From assembly GCA_043228905.1 (NCBI GenBank), contig JBHGNT010000017.1, positions 13,640,001 to 13,704,000 of the forward strand: 64,000 nucleotides of DNA, in the 5' to 3' direction. The notes under the pieces were generated by a model that saw nothing but the letters and a program-made list of their open reading frames with translations, had not been told where the DNA came from and did not search any database. The DNA is from Azolla caroliniana. Its lineage: Eukaryota > Plantae > Polypodiophyta. Shown piece after piece: positions 25,093-37,589 of the stretch; the stretch's first letter is position 1, and every line of letters starts with the position of its first letter. Position numbers and translations under genes: made by a program.

Positions 25093-27925
25093 TGTCGTGC
25101 CTTTCGGCTTCGGATCGTTGCGTGAGTCGGGTGGGAACCACAGAGGTCTTGGACTAGGAGAAAGAAGTTCGTGAGATAGAGATTAATTATGAGTAAATAG
25201 CAAAGAGAAAGACAAGAAACTCGTGAATCACACGAGTATACTATATTAATTGGTACTTAGGGTGTTAAGAGAGAAGTAGATGTATAAATCGTGAATCCCA
25301 CGAATAATTTTTATATTGATTAATACTTAATCCAAATAATCAACAACAACTACAATGTGCTCCCCATCCTTATATAGTGATGGGAGAGACTAAGCATAGC
25401 TACATGCTTTTTCTCATATGTTCATGCACACTAAATGTGCATGTGATGCTTTTTATTTTATTTTATTTCCTAAGTATAGGGCTCATGCACGCTAGATGTG
25501 CATGAGTTATTTTTAGTGTCTCGTGTTTTTTCTTTTTCATATATTAAAGAAATACACGATTTACCTTTTAATAAAGGTATGCATAAATAAAGGTCTTATA
25601 CATATTAAATCTATATTTAAAACACTTAAGATAATTTAATGTAATGGTAAGGTTGGGGTTTGTCAACGTGGAGGTGCAGAGTTTGAATCACGCCTTGCGC
25701 AGTAGTGAGTATTTCCTTTCTTTTTACATTTATGTCTCTTTATCCGGCTCTTCCTTGCCGGTATGCCGTTTTCTTCCTTGCCGGTATGCCGTTTTCCTCC
25801 TTGCCGGTATGCCGTTTTCTTCCGGTTCTCACCGAGCACTCCATTCTCTATCCGGAGGGACAAAAATATAATTTCCACATAGTGTGCAACCTACACTACG
25901 ACACTCGCCCCCTCCAAACCCGCACATCCTCCGGTATGTGCCGAAGTTCTTGATTCTTCGTATCCGTCTTCATCCGAAGCTTCCTCCGATTCTCCCCTTA
26001 TGTCGACTATGAGTTGTAATCCACTTTCTTCGCTTCCCGCATCATTGTGGTCTTCGTCCGATTGCTCCTCGTTGTCGGCCTCGACTTGGATCACATAAGG
26101 TTTGTCGTCGGTCCGCTTCTTGAAAATCTTCACCCGTTTCCCGGCTATAGGCACTCGTAGTATTGTTCCATCCAACTCGGACAGTCGGTACGTCCCGTTG
26201 TCGAAGACCTTCCGAACCTCGTACGGCCCGAACCACCTTTTCGCGAATTTCCGCATCGTTGTATGTTGATGGTCCAAGCTACTATCATAGACGATCACCC
26301 AATCTCCTTCTTCAATCCTCCTCGGTCGTAGTCGGTGCTTTGTGTCGAACCGGCTTTTGTTCCGGAACCGTGCTTCTTGTTGTCGGCGTGACGCTTCCGC
26401 TACATCTTTCGGTCTTCCCTCCAGTTGTCGTATCCGGACCGCTAGTAGTTCTTCCCGGCTCATCTCTTCCTTCCACGGTAGTATTGTCCATGTCGCGATT
26501 GCGGTTTCCGTTGGCATTACCGGTGCTTGTCCGGTCATGAGTTCTGCCGGCATGTAACCGGTCACGGAGCTATGCGTCGTCCGATCCGCCCATAGTGCAT
26601 ACGGAAGCATTTGTGGCCAATCCTTCACCCTTCCGTCGCATGCCTTCGCAAGTGCTTTCACGATCGGACTATGTCCTCGTTCGATCTTTCCGTTGGCCTC
26701 CGGATTGTAGGCCGTTGTCAACGTTAACCGAACTCCATGTTTGGCGAAGAATCCCCTAGCTTTGTCCGAGTCGAGTTCTCCCCGGTCCGCAATCACTTGT
26801 CCTACGCAGCCGTACCTACAAAACACTTCTTCCAAAAGAAATTGGCACACCGCGGCACACGTTTTCCTCCGAAGCGCTCGACCTTCAACTTGGTTTGTGA
26901 GATCTTCTCGAGCTAACACCAAGTATTTCTTTTGTCCAATCCCGGTCGGCATAGCTACAATGTCGACCATCCACTTGAAGTTGATTGTCGGTGAGAATGT
27001 CGGATGCAGCTCATCTCGGTGTCGGACCCCGGAGTAGACTTGACATTTCTCGCAGCTTTCTGTGAACTCCGCGACATCTTTATACATGTTCTTCCACCAA
27101 TATCTTTGCTTGATTTTCACAAAAGTTGCCCATGTTCCTCGATGTCCAGCCCAATCGGATTCGTGGAACTCGGACATTATCCGGTTTCGTTGCTCTTTCG
27201 TCCCGACTACTCGAAGTGGTATCCCATCCGGTCTTTTCGGCGTCCTCCATATTAAACCGTTTTCCAAGAAGAACTTTTGGACTTGCCTCTTCTTCCTTCG
27301 GATCTCGGCTCTCCTTTCTTTATCATTGGTTGAATCCTCGACCTCTTGTAGCATCTTCCCGATCATCAAGGTTTCCCCCTCGTATTCTTCTTCCCGGAAT
27401 TCTCGGATCACGTTCACTCGGCATATGTGTTCTGACGTGAAGTAATCTTCGGAAACTTCTTCATTATCTGATTCGGTTATGTCGTCTTCAAACCGCGCCC
27501 TCGATAACATGTCCGCTACCGCGTTGTCCTTCCCCGAGATGTGTCGAACCTCCGGATTAAGTGACTTGACATATGCAATCCACCTTAGCATAGCCACATC
27601 CGGTATCGTACAACACCGCATCATCCCGAGTATCGGAAGACAATCCGTCTCGATCACCACTTCAGCTCCGATCAAATAATCCCGATCCGATTTTATCGCC
27701 GACACGACTCCCCACAACTCTCTTTTGACTTGTGCATATCCGCGTTGCCTTTCGTTGAGGACCTTTGCTCCAAATCGGATCGGATACCGCGAACCATCCG
27801 AGTCGGCTTGATTGATGACCCACCCGATACCGGTTGGACTTGTATCAACCGTTACTATGATTGGCCGCTCGTAGCTTGGCTTCTTAAGTGATTCCGCCCT
27901 CCATAGTGTCTTCTTGAGCTTCCTC
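25093..27925 (-). mobile_element. Gypsy family A 3' fragment: RNase H-integrase, PPT and 3' LTR (25093-25903)
   Basis: ORF 25891-27717 with HESDWAGH..C..C, WMVD, IADRG, NGKIE, WFGPY; PPT GGAGGGGGCGAG; appears identical to 33232-36064 (offset 8139). Confidence 0.93.
25630..25701 (+). other. 72-nt tRNA-shaped Pol III-like module in Gypsy A/B LTR (also 33769-33840 +, 36973-37044 -, 43110-43181 +, 46361-46432 -)
   Basis: A box TAATGTAATGG, 7-nt loop TTGTCAA, variable region AGGTG, B box GTTYGAATC, T-run about 20 nt downstream; stems decayed. Confidence 0.6.
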
Positions 27926-27934
27926 CATAGTGTC

Positions 27935-30322
27935 TTCTAAAGTCTCAAGAAGCCAACCCATTGTGGTCGAAGAAACAATTAAATGAATTTCGAAGACGAG
28001 CATTCAAGTTTTTTTTACATGAAGGGCATTTATGGAGGCGTCCAAAAAGGCCAACCGAAAATCCTCTTCGATTCATTTGTAAGGATGACATTAAGAGAAA
28101 ATTAATTAATGAATTCCATGATAGTTTGTGGGTAGGGCATAGAGGCATATGGGCGACATTTATGAAGTTGAAAGAAAAGTATTGGTGGTCACATATGTAT
28201 AAATATGTAACGAAACTTGTGGAAACCTGTGAGGTTTGTTAGAGGTATTCAACCATCATCAATGCCTTATAAATGGATGGTCGATCTAGTGACAATGCCA
28301 CTTGGGGAAGGTCAAATGCGATACTTAGTACTAGCAAGAGAAGACCTTACAAACCAAGTAGAAGGAAGACCACTACGACAAAAAACAACTAGAGCTGTAT
28401 GTAAATTTTTGTTAGAAGACGTAATATGTCGTTACGGGTGTGTTGGTAAAATAATTGCAGATAGAGGAGAACTTGACTCTGATGAAGCTAGAGAATTCTT
28501 CAGCCGAATAGGGGTCAAATTATCACTTACAACTGCGTATAATCCAAAAGCCAATGGAAAGATTGAAAGAGGAAATAGCCCAATAGTTAAGGCGATCGTG
28601 AAAAGCTGTAAAGATAAAATAAGAGATTGGCCACGCATGCTACCTTATGCAATATGGGCGGATCGAACAACGCATAGTTCGGTAACAGGATACATGGCAG
28701 TTGAATTAATACTTGGCCAAAAGTGCATCATGCCGATATAAGAATCAATTATGTCATGGATATCTATTCCATGGAGAGAGGAGGTGAGTAGAGAAGAATT
28801 GCTTGCTTTGCGAATTCAACAATTAGAGCGTCGACCTGAAGATATAGAATTAGCAGCCCAACGATTGAAGGAGGCTCGACTAAAGAATAAAATTCATTTT
28901 GATCAAACTCACAGAATTCAGCCAAAGAAAATAGAAGAAGGGGATTGGGTACTCGTGTATGATAGCAATTTAGATAATAAACATAGCATCGTCCGCAAGT
29001 TTGCTGAAAGATGGTTTGGGCCTTACATAGTGGAAAAAGTATATGATAACTTTACCTATAACCTTAGTGAATTGGATGGGACACTAATCCTAAATGTGGT
29101 AGCAGGAAAGAGTATAAAAGTATTTAAGAAAAGGCTCGAGCTTGAACCTCCACTAATAGATCAACATGAAGAAGAAAGATAGTGGCACATGTCGAAGGAC
29201 GTGCAAGTCTAGAGGGGGTGGATGTCGTGAAGTATGAAAGCTTCACATCAAAAGTCTACAATAAGATAAATACATAACTAAAATAAAAAGAATCTTGTTA
29301 GTGTTTTATATAATATTATACATTATATAGGTGAATAAAGTAAAACCCTACATTATGAGGACAAGAGAGGACTTGAACTAATAACCTTCACCTTATGAGC
29401 CTCACATGTTACCAATTAGCAAACATTCATGATATATAAACTATATAAATATTATAGTACATTATATACGGCGGCTATAGAAAGAAAAAGAATTGTATTA
29501 CATGCGCTAGAGAGGACTCAAACCCACAACCTCAATATTATAGTACATTATATACGAAGACTATAGAAAGAAAAAGAATTGTATTACATGCACTATAGAG
29601 GACTCAAACCCACAACCTCAACTTTGAAAGCCTCAATCACTACCACTTAGTCAATACTCACAACATGGCAAAAGCCTACGTGTTGTATTATTTGAACTTG
29701 CATTAAATAGTGTCAACATTGAAATGTATTACATGTGCACCATATATCACACATGCAAGAGCCTATTTGCATGTGCGCCAGATGTACCACATGCAAGATT
29801 ATCCCTTTGCTATAAAAGGAGAAGGGGATGTAGTCATAAAGATACCAAGAAATAAGATTGAATCAAATTATATTGGATCAAGAGAGAATTATAATAGATC
29901 ATAATAGACAAAGGGGGAGAGAGAGGTATCTTCAAAAGACTAGAGGAGAACTAGCTTGGCGGTTGTGGTCCTCAACTCGCAACGGAAGGGCGGTGAGTCT
30001 TATCCTCGTCAAAAGATCCTTGAAGGGAAGATTATGGTTTACTATCAATGAAGGGAAGAGCGGCTACTTTGTGAGACGAAAATCGAAGGTCCAACGACGC
30101 TCGCAGCCATTTTGTAACTCTTTCATGATAATGATTATAAATTTCCTACATTTTCTCAAATATCATTTTATATCTTATCTTGCCATATCTCATATTTCTT
30201 AAAAATCCTACCTTGCCATATCCTATTGATGTCTATTCACTTCATATATACTCTTTCGTCTCTTCCGTCCATAATCCCAGTGATTCCTTCCTCACTTTCA
30301 CGTTATCTTTGTCTGTGCAACA
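27935..30322 (+). mobile_element. Old Gypsy family E 3' end (decayed integrase, PPT, 3' LTR 29223-30322), left-arm copy
   Basis: LVLAREDLTNQVEGR, IIADRGE, WFGPY; PPT AGAGGGGGTGGA followed by TGTCGTG...GCAACA. Confidence 0.88.
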
Positions 30323-30493
30323 TCCTTTGGTGTCTTGGCATCCCGAATGTAGCTCAAGAACTGATCGCTCACACAGGATGCAAGGTAGTATAGAACTCTG
30401 CTTGCCGCTTGTTCCCAAGTCAGGAAATCTCTGTGTGTAGATTCGGGTGCTGTGTCGTTAGCTCCATCGACATAACTCCGGTAGCCGTGCCCG
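30323..30493 (-). mobile_element. Short Copia (family F-like) gag fragment hosting the E and D insertions (mirror 49722-49892 +)
   Basis: GHGYRSYVDGANDTAPESTHRDFLTWEQAASRVLYYLASCVSDQFLSYIRDAKTPK, homologous to the gag at 11081. Confidence 0.75.
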
Positions 30494-33231
30494 TGTCGAA
30501 TACAAGTGTATAATGGACGTATTCACACTATCCCTTTGTATAGCCCATCTTTGGGGCATTTGTGTAATTAGCATAAAGGGTAGTTGCCCTAAGTCGGTCA
30601 CTATATATAGTGACCTTGTAACCCTTTTGTAAGGTTGGGTGTTGTATTATTGTTTCTATTGAATAGAAAGTCTTTTGTGCCTCTCTCTCTCTCTCTCTCT
30701 GTGCAACGAACGAGAGACTGTCATACGCAGGTACAGAACAGAATCGAATGCTTCTTGATCTTCCGCATAGACGACATTGTCTCCAACATCTGGTATCAGA
30801 GCCTGCACAGTATTCGGTCCTTCAATCCACTGTCGGCCGTCGTCTCAGCCTGCACAGCATTCGGTTTCCTGCGTCATTCGAAGAAGAGAGAAGAAGAAGA
30901 AAAACGAGGCTTGCATCTCATCGCGTTAGATCATCTTCACTTGGAGTAAACCAGCCGGTTGTACTCTGTTCCTTGTGATCGTAACCGCTCGAGGTGAAAT
31001 CCCCTTGTGCAACATTGACACGATCGTGCTCCACTCGGTTAAACGGCATCCGAAGAGGTCATCAAACTCTGCTCGCCGCTCATTGTAACCACTCGGTGCA
31101 GATCAGTCTCAAGACAACAACCCCAATTCGTGCTTCATTCGGCTGATCGACATTCGGGAGGATCAGTTGGATCCGTCTCTCTCGTCGCTGCAGTCACCCG
31201 AAGCAGAATCGGTCCAGACAATCGGTTTCAATAATCGGCATCTGGCATATATAATCGGAAGCGAACCGGGCTCACTCCGACTCGGCAACATTCGGGAAGA
31301 CCAGTCGGTTCTGTCCCTCAAGTTACCGGAGTCAATTCGAGCAAGTTCAACAATACATATATCCGAAGCCGAACCGACTCGGGTTCAAATCCGACTAGAA
31401 CGATATCGGGTGAGCCAACCGGCTGCACTCCAACAAGGTTCGTAGTCAACTCCGAACCGAGCTTCGTCAACCGAAACCAAATTTGATGGCATCAACATCC
31501 GGCTCGTCAGAAATGAGTCTACGAAAGTTCGATGGATCGAACTTCAACTTCTGGAAGGAGCAAATGCAGGACTATCTCATAGTCAAGGGGCAAATCGATC
31601 CCATCGAAAATGAAGAACCTCCAGAAGGATACAAACCAATTGAGTGGCAGAAGCTGGACAGAATCGTCCGCGCCACGATTCGGATGCACCTATCGGAATC
31701 GGTATACTTTACGGTGCAATCGTGTACGACAGCATTCGAACTGTGGAAAACACTGTCGGACACCTACGAAAAGAAGGTCGCTGCAACGAAGATGTTTCTG
31801 ATCCGGCGCCTCTACAACTTGCGGATGAAAGAATCCGATTCGGTTCAAGCACATCTCAATGAGTACGAAAGCATAAGCTCCCAAATCTCATCTCAGGGGA
31901 CGGCAATCGAGGATGAACTCAGAGCAATGATACTCATGAGTAGCCTTCCCTCATCATGGGAAACTTTCGTCACAACCGTGTGCAACGCGTCAACCACGGC
32001 TGTCAAATACTCCGAAGTCACGAGCGCAATCCTGACCGAAGCAGCTCGGAGAAAGTCTTTCGCCAAAGACTCAACAGACGACGCTTATGTAGTACAAGGT
32101 TCGACAGACCGATCGAACATACGAGGAAGAGATTCCTCACGACCGCCGAACAATCAGCGAAGACGGAGCCAGTCACGGGATAACCGAATCTGCAACTACT
32201 GCAAGAAACCCGGACACATCAAAGCCGACTGCCGCGCACTCAAGAACAAGTCTCAGAAATCAGACAAGAAGAGTGGCCGGCATGAGGAGATCAATTACGT
32301 CAGCTTCTCAGCTGATGTGCTACCAAACGACCCGAATATACTATCAATCGAAAATCCAGTCGGATCAGAAGTTCTGCTCACGACTGAAGAATCGAGCACA
32401 TGGCTCTTAGATTCGGGCGCGTCATTTCACGTGACTCCTCATCGATCCCAATTTCGGCAATATACGATCCGTCACTCCGACTCAGTTCGAGTCGGCAACT
32501 CGCAACACTGTGACATCATTGGAATCGGCACAGTAGAGCTCAACCTTGCAGGTGGCTCTACACTTGTACTTCACAATGTCCGACATGTACCCGAGCTCTC
32601 AAGGCCATTGATCTCAGTCGGACAACTAGATGAAGACGGCATTCGTGCCGGTTTTTCTTCGGGAGGGTGGACACTCCACAGGGGGAACCTCCTGCTTGCT
32701 AGAGGACCCAAGATACACTCACTGTATCCGTTACATGTTACGCTCAGAGAGGGTAACCTGTTTTTGGTGGATATTCCTGTGTCATCACTATGGCACAGAA
32801 GATTAGGACACCTCAGCAAGGCCGGCATCACGCACCTATCTAGAGCCGGGTACATCCCCAAACTCTCCTTCTCGGACCATCAATTCTGCGAGCATTGCCA
32901 GTATGGCAAACAAGCAGCCGCATCACACCCGACATCAGCACCAAGAGAAACGAGACCTCTCGACTTAGTCCACTCGGACGTCTGTGGCCCAATGCCGCAT
33001 CAGTCTCTTGGCGGTGCCTCTTACTTCGTCAGTTTTATTGACGATTCGACTCGAAAGGTGTGGGCTTATCCAATTCGCACCAAAGATCGTGTCTTCTCGA
33101 TCTTCTCCGATTGGCTCGCTATGGTAGAAAATCAAACCGGCCGAAAACTGAAATGCTTTCGGACCGACAATGGGGGAGAGTTCAAATCCGAAGAATTCGT
33201 CAAATTCTGCCGACAACGCGGCATCCGACGT
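30494..33231 (+). mobile_element. Young Copia family D 5' part: LTR 30494-30788, PBS 30791-30802, open gag-protease-integrase from 31486
   Basis: CNYCKKPGHIKADC, WLLDSGAS, LWHRRLGH, VHSDVCGP, RTDNGGEF; cut by Gypsy A LTR at 33232. Confidence 0.95.
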
Positions 33232-36200
33232 TGTCGTGCCTTTCGGCTTCGGATCGTTGCGTGAGTCGGGTGGGAACCACAGAGGTCTTGGACTAGGAGA
33301 AAGAAGTTCGTGAGATAGAGATTAATTATGAGTAAATAGCAAAGAGAAAGACAAGAAACTCGTGAATCACACGAGTATACTATATTAATTGGTACTTAGG
33401 GTGTTAAGAGAGAAGTAGATGTATAAATCGTGAATCCCACGAATAATTTTTATATTGATTAATACTTAATCCAAATAATCAACAACAACTACAATGTGCT
33501 CCCCATCCTTATATAGTGATGGGAGAGACTAAGCATAGCTACATGCTTTTTCTCATATGTTCATGCACACTAAATGTGCATGTGATGCTTTTTATTTTAT
33601 TTTATTTCCTAAGTATAGGGCTCATGCACGCTAGATGTGCATGAGTTATTTTTAGTGTCTCGTGTTTTTTCTTTTTCATATATTAAAGAAATACACGATT
33701 TACCTTTTAATAAAGGTATGCATAAATAAAGGTCTTATACATATTAAATCTATATTTAAAACACTTAAGATAATTTAATGTAATGGTAAGGTTGGGGTTT
33801 GTCAACGTGGAGGTGCAGAGTTTGAATCACGCCTTGCGCAGTAGTGAGTATTTCCTTTCTTTTTACATTTATGTCTCTTTATCCGGCTCTTCCTTGCCGG
33901 TATGCCGTTTTCTTCCTTGCCGGTATGCCGTTTTCCTCCTTGCCGGTATGCCGTTTTCTTCCGGTTCTCACCGAGCACTCCATTCTCTATCCGGAGGGAC
34001 AAAAATATAATTTCCACATAGTGTGCAACCTACACTACGACACTCGCCCCCTCCAAACCCGCACATCCTCCGGTATGTGCCGAAGTTCTTGATTCTTCGT
34101 ATCCGTCTTCATCCGAAGCTTCCTCCGATTCTCCCCTTATGTCGACTATGAGTTGTAATCCACTTTCTTCGCTTCCCGCATCATTGTGGTCTTCGTCCGA
34201 TTGCTCCTCGTTGTCGGCCTCGACTTGGATCACATAAGGTTTGTCGTCGGTCCGCTTCTTGAAAATCTTCACCCGTTTCCCGGCTATAGGCACTCGTAGT
34301 ATTGTTCCATCCAACTCGGACAGTCGGTACGTCCCGTTGTCGAAGACCTTCCGAACCTCGTACGGCCCGAACCACCTTTTCGCGAATTTCCGCATCGTTG
34401 TATGTTGATGGTCCAAGCTACTATCATAGACGATCACCCAATCTCCTTCTTCAATCCTCCTCGGTCGTAGTCGGTGCTTTGTGTCGAACCGGCTTTTGTT
34501 CCGGAACCGTGCTTCTTGTTGTCGGCGTGACGCTTCCGCTACATCTTTCGGTCTTCCCTCCAGTTGTCGTATCCGGACCGCTAGTAGTTCTTCCCGGCTC
34601 ATCTCTTCCTTCCACGGTAGTATTGTCCATGTCGCGATTGCGGTTTCCGTTGGCATTACCGGTGCTTGTCCGGTCATGAGTTCTGCCGGCATGTAACCGG
34701 TCACGGAGCTATGCGTCGTCCGATCCGCCCATAGTGCATACGGAAGCATTTGTGGCCAATCCTTCACCCTTCCGTCGCATGCCTTCGCAAGTGCTTTCAC
34801 GATCGGACTATGTCCTCGTTCGATCTTTCCGTTGGCCTCCGGATTGTAGGCCGTTGTCAACGTTAACCGAACTCCATGTTTGGCGAAGAATCCCCTAGCT
34901 TTGTCCGAGTCGAGTTCTCCCCGGTCCGCAATCACTTGTCCTACGCAGCCGTACCTACAAAACACTTCTTCCAAAAGAAATTGGCACACCGCGGCACACG
35001 TTTTCCTCCGAAGCGCTCGACCTTCAACTTGGTTTGTGAGATCTTCTCGAGCTAACACCAAGTATTTCTTTTGTCCAATCCCGGTCGGCATAGCTACAAT
35101 GTCGACCATCCACTTGAAGTTGATTGTCGGTGAGAATGTCGGATGCAGCTCATCTCGGTGTCGGACCCCGGAGTAGACTTGACATTTCTCGCAGCTTTCT
35201 GTGAACTCCGCGACATCTTTATACATGTTCTTCCACCAATATCTTTGCTTGATTTTCACAAAAGTTGCCCATGTTCCTCGATGTCCAGCCCAATCGGATT
35301 CGTGGAACTCGGACATTATCCGGTTTCGTTGCTCTTTCGTCCCGACTACTCGAAGTGGTATCCCATCCGGTCTTTTCGGCGTCCTCCATATTAAACCGTT
35401 TTCCAAGAAGAACTTTTGGACTTGCCTCTTCTTCCTTCGGATCTCGGCTCTCCTTTCTTTATCATTGGTTGAATCCTCGACCTCTTGTAGCATCTTCCCG
35501 ATCATCAAGGTTTCCCCCTCGTATTCTTCTTCCCGGAATTCTCGGATCACGTTCACTCGGCATATGTGTTCTGACGTGAAGTAATCTTCGGAAACTTCTT
35601 CATTATCTGATTCGGTTATGTCGTCTTCAAACCGCGCCCTCGATAACATGTCCGCTACCGCGTTGTCCTTCCCCGAGATGTGTCGAACCTCCGGATTAAG
35701 TGACTTGACATATGCAATCCACCTTAGCATAGCCACATCCGGTATCGTACAACACCGCATCATCCCGAGTATCGGAAGACAATCCGTCTCGATCACCACT
35801 TCAGCTCCGATCAAATAATCCCGATCCGATTTTATCGCCGACACGACTCCCCACAACTCTCTTTTGACTTGTGCATATCCGCGTTGCCTTTCGTTGAGGA
35901 CCTTTGCTCCAAATCGGATCGGATACCGCGAACCATCCGAGTCGGCTTGATTGATGACCCACCCGATACCGGTTGGACTTGTATCAACCGTTACTATGAT
36001 TGGCCGCTCGTAGCTTGGCTTCTTAAGTGATTCCGCCCTCCATAGTGTCTTCTTGAGCTTCCTCATGGCTTTAGTGTGTTCCGGTTTCCACTCGAATTTC
36101 TTACCTTTCCGCAACAAGTGATAGAGCGGGTCCGCTATATGTGCATAGTGCGGAATCCATATGTGATAGAATGCACACGCACCCAGAAACCTTCGGACTT

Positions 36201-36745
36201 CCGATGTTGACTCACATACTTCCTTCATAGCTTGAATCGCATCGATCTTTGTTGGTGACGGTCTTCGGCCGTAGGGTCCACATAGATGTCCGACCACCAA
36301 TATTTCTTCTTGCCCGAATGCCGATTTCTCCCCGGAAAGTGTTAGGTGCACATCTTCTAGCTTTCGCAACACTTTCTCGCAATCATGAATATGGTCGACC
36401 ACGAACTTTCGGCATCCCCGATCATCCATAGTCTCATCTTTTTCTTCCACCGCGCATCCTTTCATCGGAATGTCATCTAGAAACGGCATCGTTATCTCCG
36501 GAATGCAATCTCGAAGCACCTTGTTCATCGCGTTCATCATATGTGCAACCGAGTTTGTCGCTCCTTGTGGTAGTGTGCACATTCGAACTAGTCCTATCGG
36601 TGTCCGCATGGTAGTGATGTCTCGGCTCTCCACGGCTAGTTGGAATTGGTCATACCCCGAGTATAGGTCCCCGATGGAGTATATCGCACGTCCGGCAAAA
36701 GCTTCCGCGAATTCGTCCACTATCGGATCGACTCCCGAGTTCCGG
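33232..36745 (-). mobile_element. Gypsy family A 3' part: RT-RNase H-integrase (34030-36745), PPT and 3' LTR 33232-34042
   Basis: DLYSGYDQ, LPQGATNS, PFLDDI, TVDTSPTG, HH-CC and DDE motifs in an open frame; 5' part displaced by element B. Confidence 0.96.
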
Positions 36746-37571
36746 TGTCGTAGTGGAGGTTGCACACTATGTGGAAATTATATTTTTGTCCCTCCGGATA
36801 GAGAATGGAGTGCTCGGTGAGAACCGGAAGAAAACAGCATACCGGCAAGGAGGAAAACGGCATACCGGCAAGGAGGAAAAACGGCATACCGGCAAGGAAG
36901 AAAACGGCATACCGGCAAGGAAGAGCCGGATAAAGAGACATAAATGTAAAAGAAAAAGGAAATAGTCACTACTGCGCAGGGCGTGATTCGAACTCTACAC
37001 CTCCACGTTGACAAACCCCAACCTTACCATTACATTAACTTATCTTAAGTGTTTTAAATATAGATTTAATACGTATAAGACCTTTATTTATGCATACCTT
37101 TATTAAAAGGTAAATCGTGTATTTTTTATATGAAAAAGACGAGACACTAAAAAATAACTCATGCACATCTAGCGTGCATGAGCCCTATACTTAGGGAATA
37201 AAAAAGAATCACATGCACATTTAGTGGACATGAACACTTTTTATAAAAAAAAAACAGGAAGCCATGCTTAGCTCTCCCTTCCTTATATAAGGAGGAGAGA
37301 AATATGTAAAGGGTTGTTGATTATTTGGATTAAGTATTAATCAATACAAAAATTATTCGTGGGATTCACGATTTATACGTCTACTTCTCTCTTAACACCC
37401 TAAGTACCAATTAATATAGTATACTCGTGTGATTCACGAGTTTCTTATCTTTCTCTTTGCTATTTACTCATAATTAATCTCTATCTCACGAACTTCTTTC
37501 TCCTAGTCCAAGACCTCTGTGGTCCCCACCCGACTCACGCAACGATCCGGAGCCGAAAGGCACGACACAGT

Positions 37572-37589
37572 TGGTGAACCCGACGTGAA
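37572..37589 (+). promoter_or_regulatory. Primer binding site complementary to tRNA-Trp 3' end (mirror 42565-42582)
   Basis: TGGTGAACCCGACGTGAA is the reverse complement of TTCACGTCGGGTTCACCA, the plant cytosolic tRNA-Trp 3' end as recalled; 4-nt spacer after the LTR. Confidence 0.85.

Noticed and set aside
25630-25701. Functional tRNA genes in the LTRs
   Set aside because: Acceptor, D and anticodon stems do not pair; reported only as tRNA-derived modules
36746-36765. N-terminus MQPPLRH of the 911-aa ORFs as a true start (also 43389-43408)
   Set aside because: It comes from the antisense end of the nested B LTR; the pol is 5'-truncated
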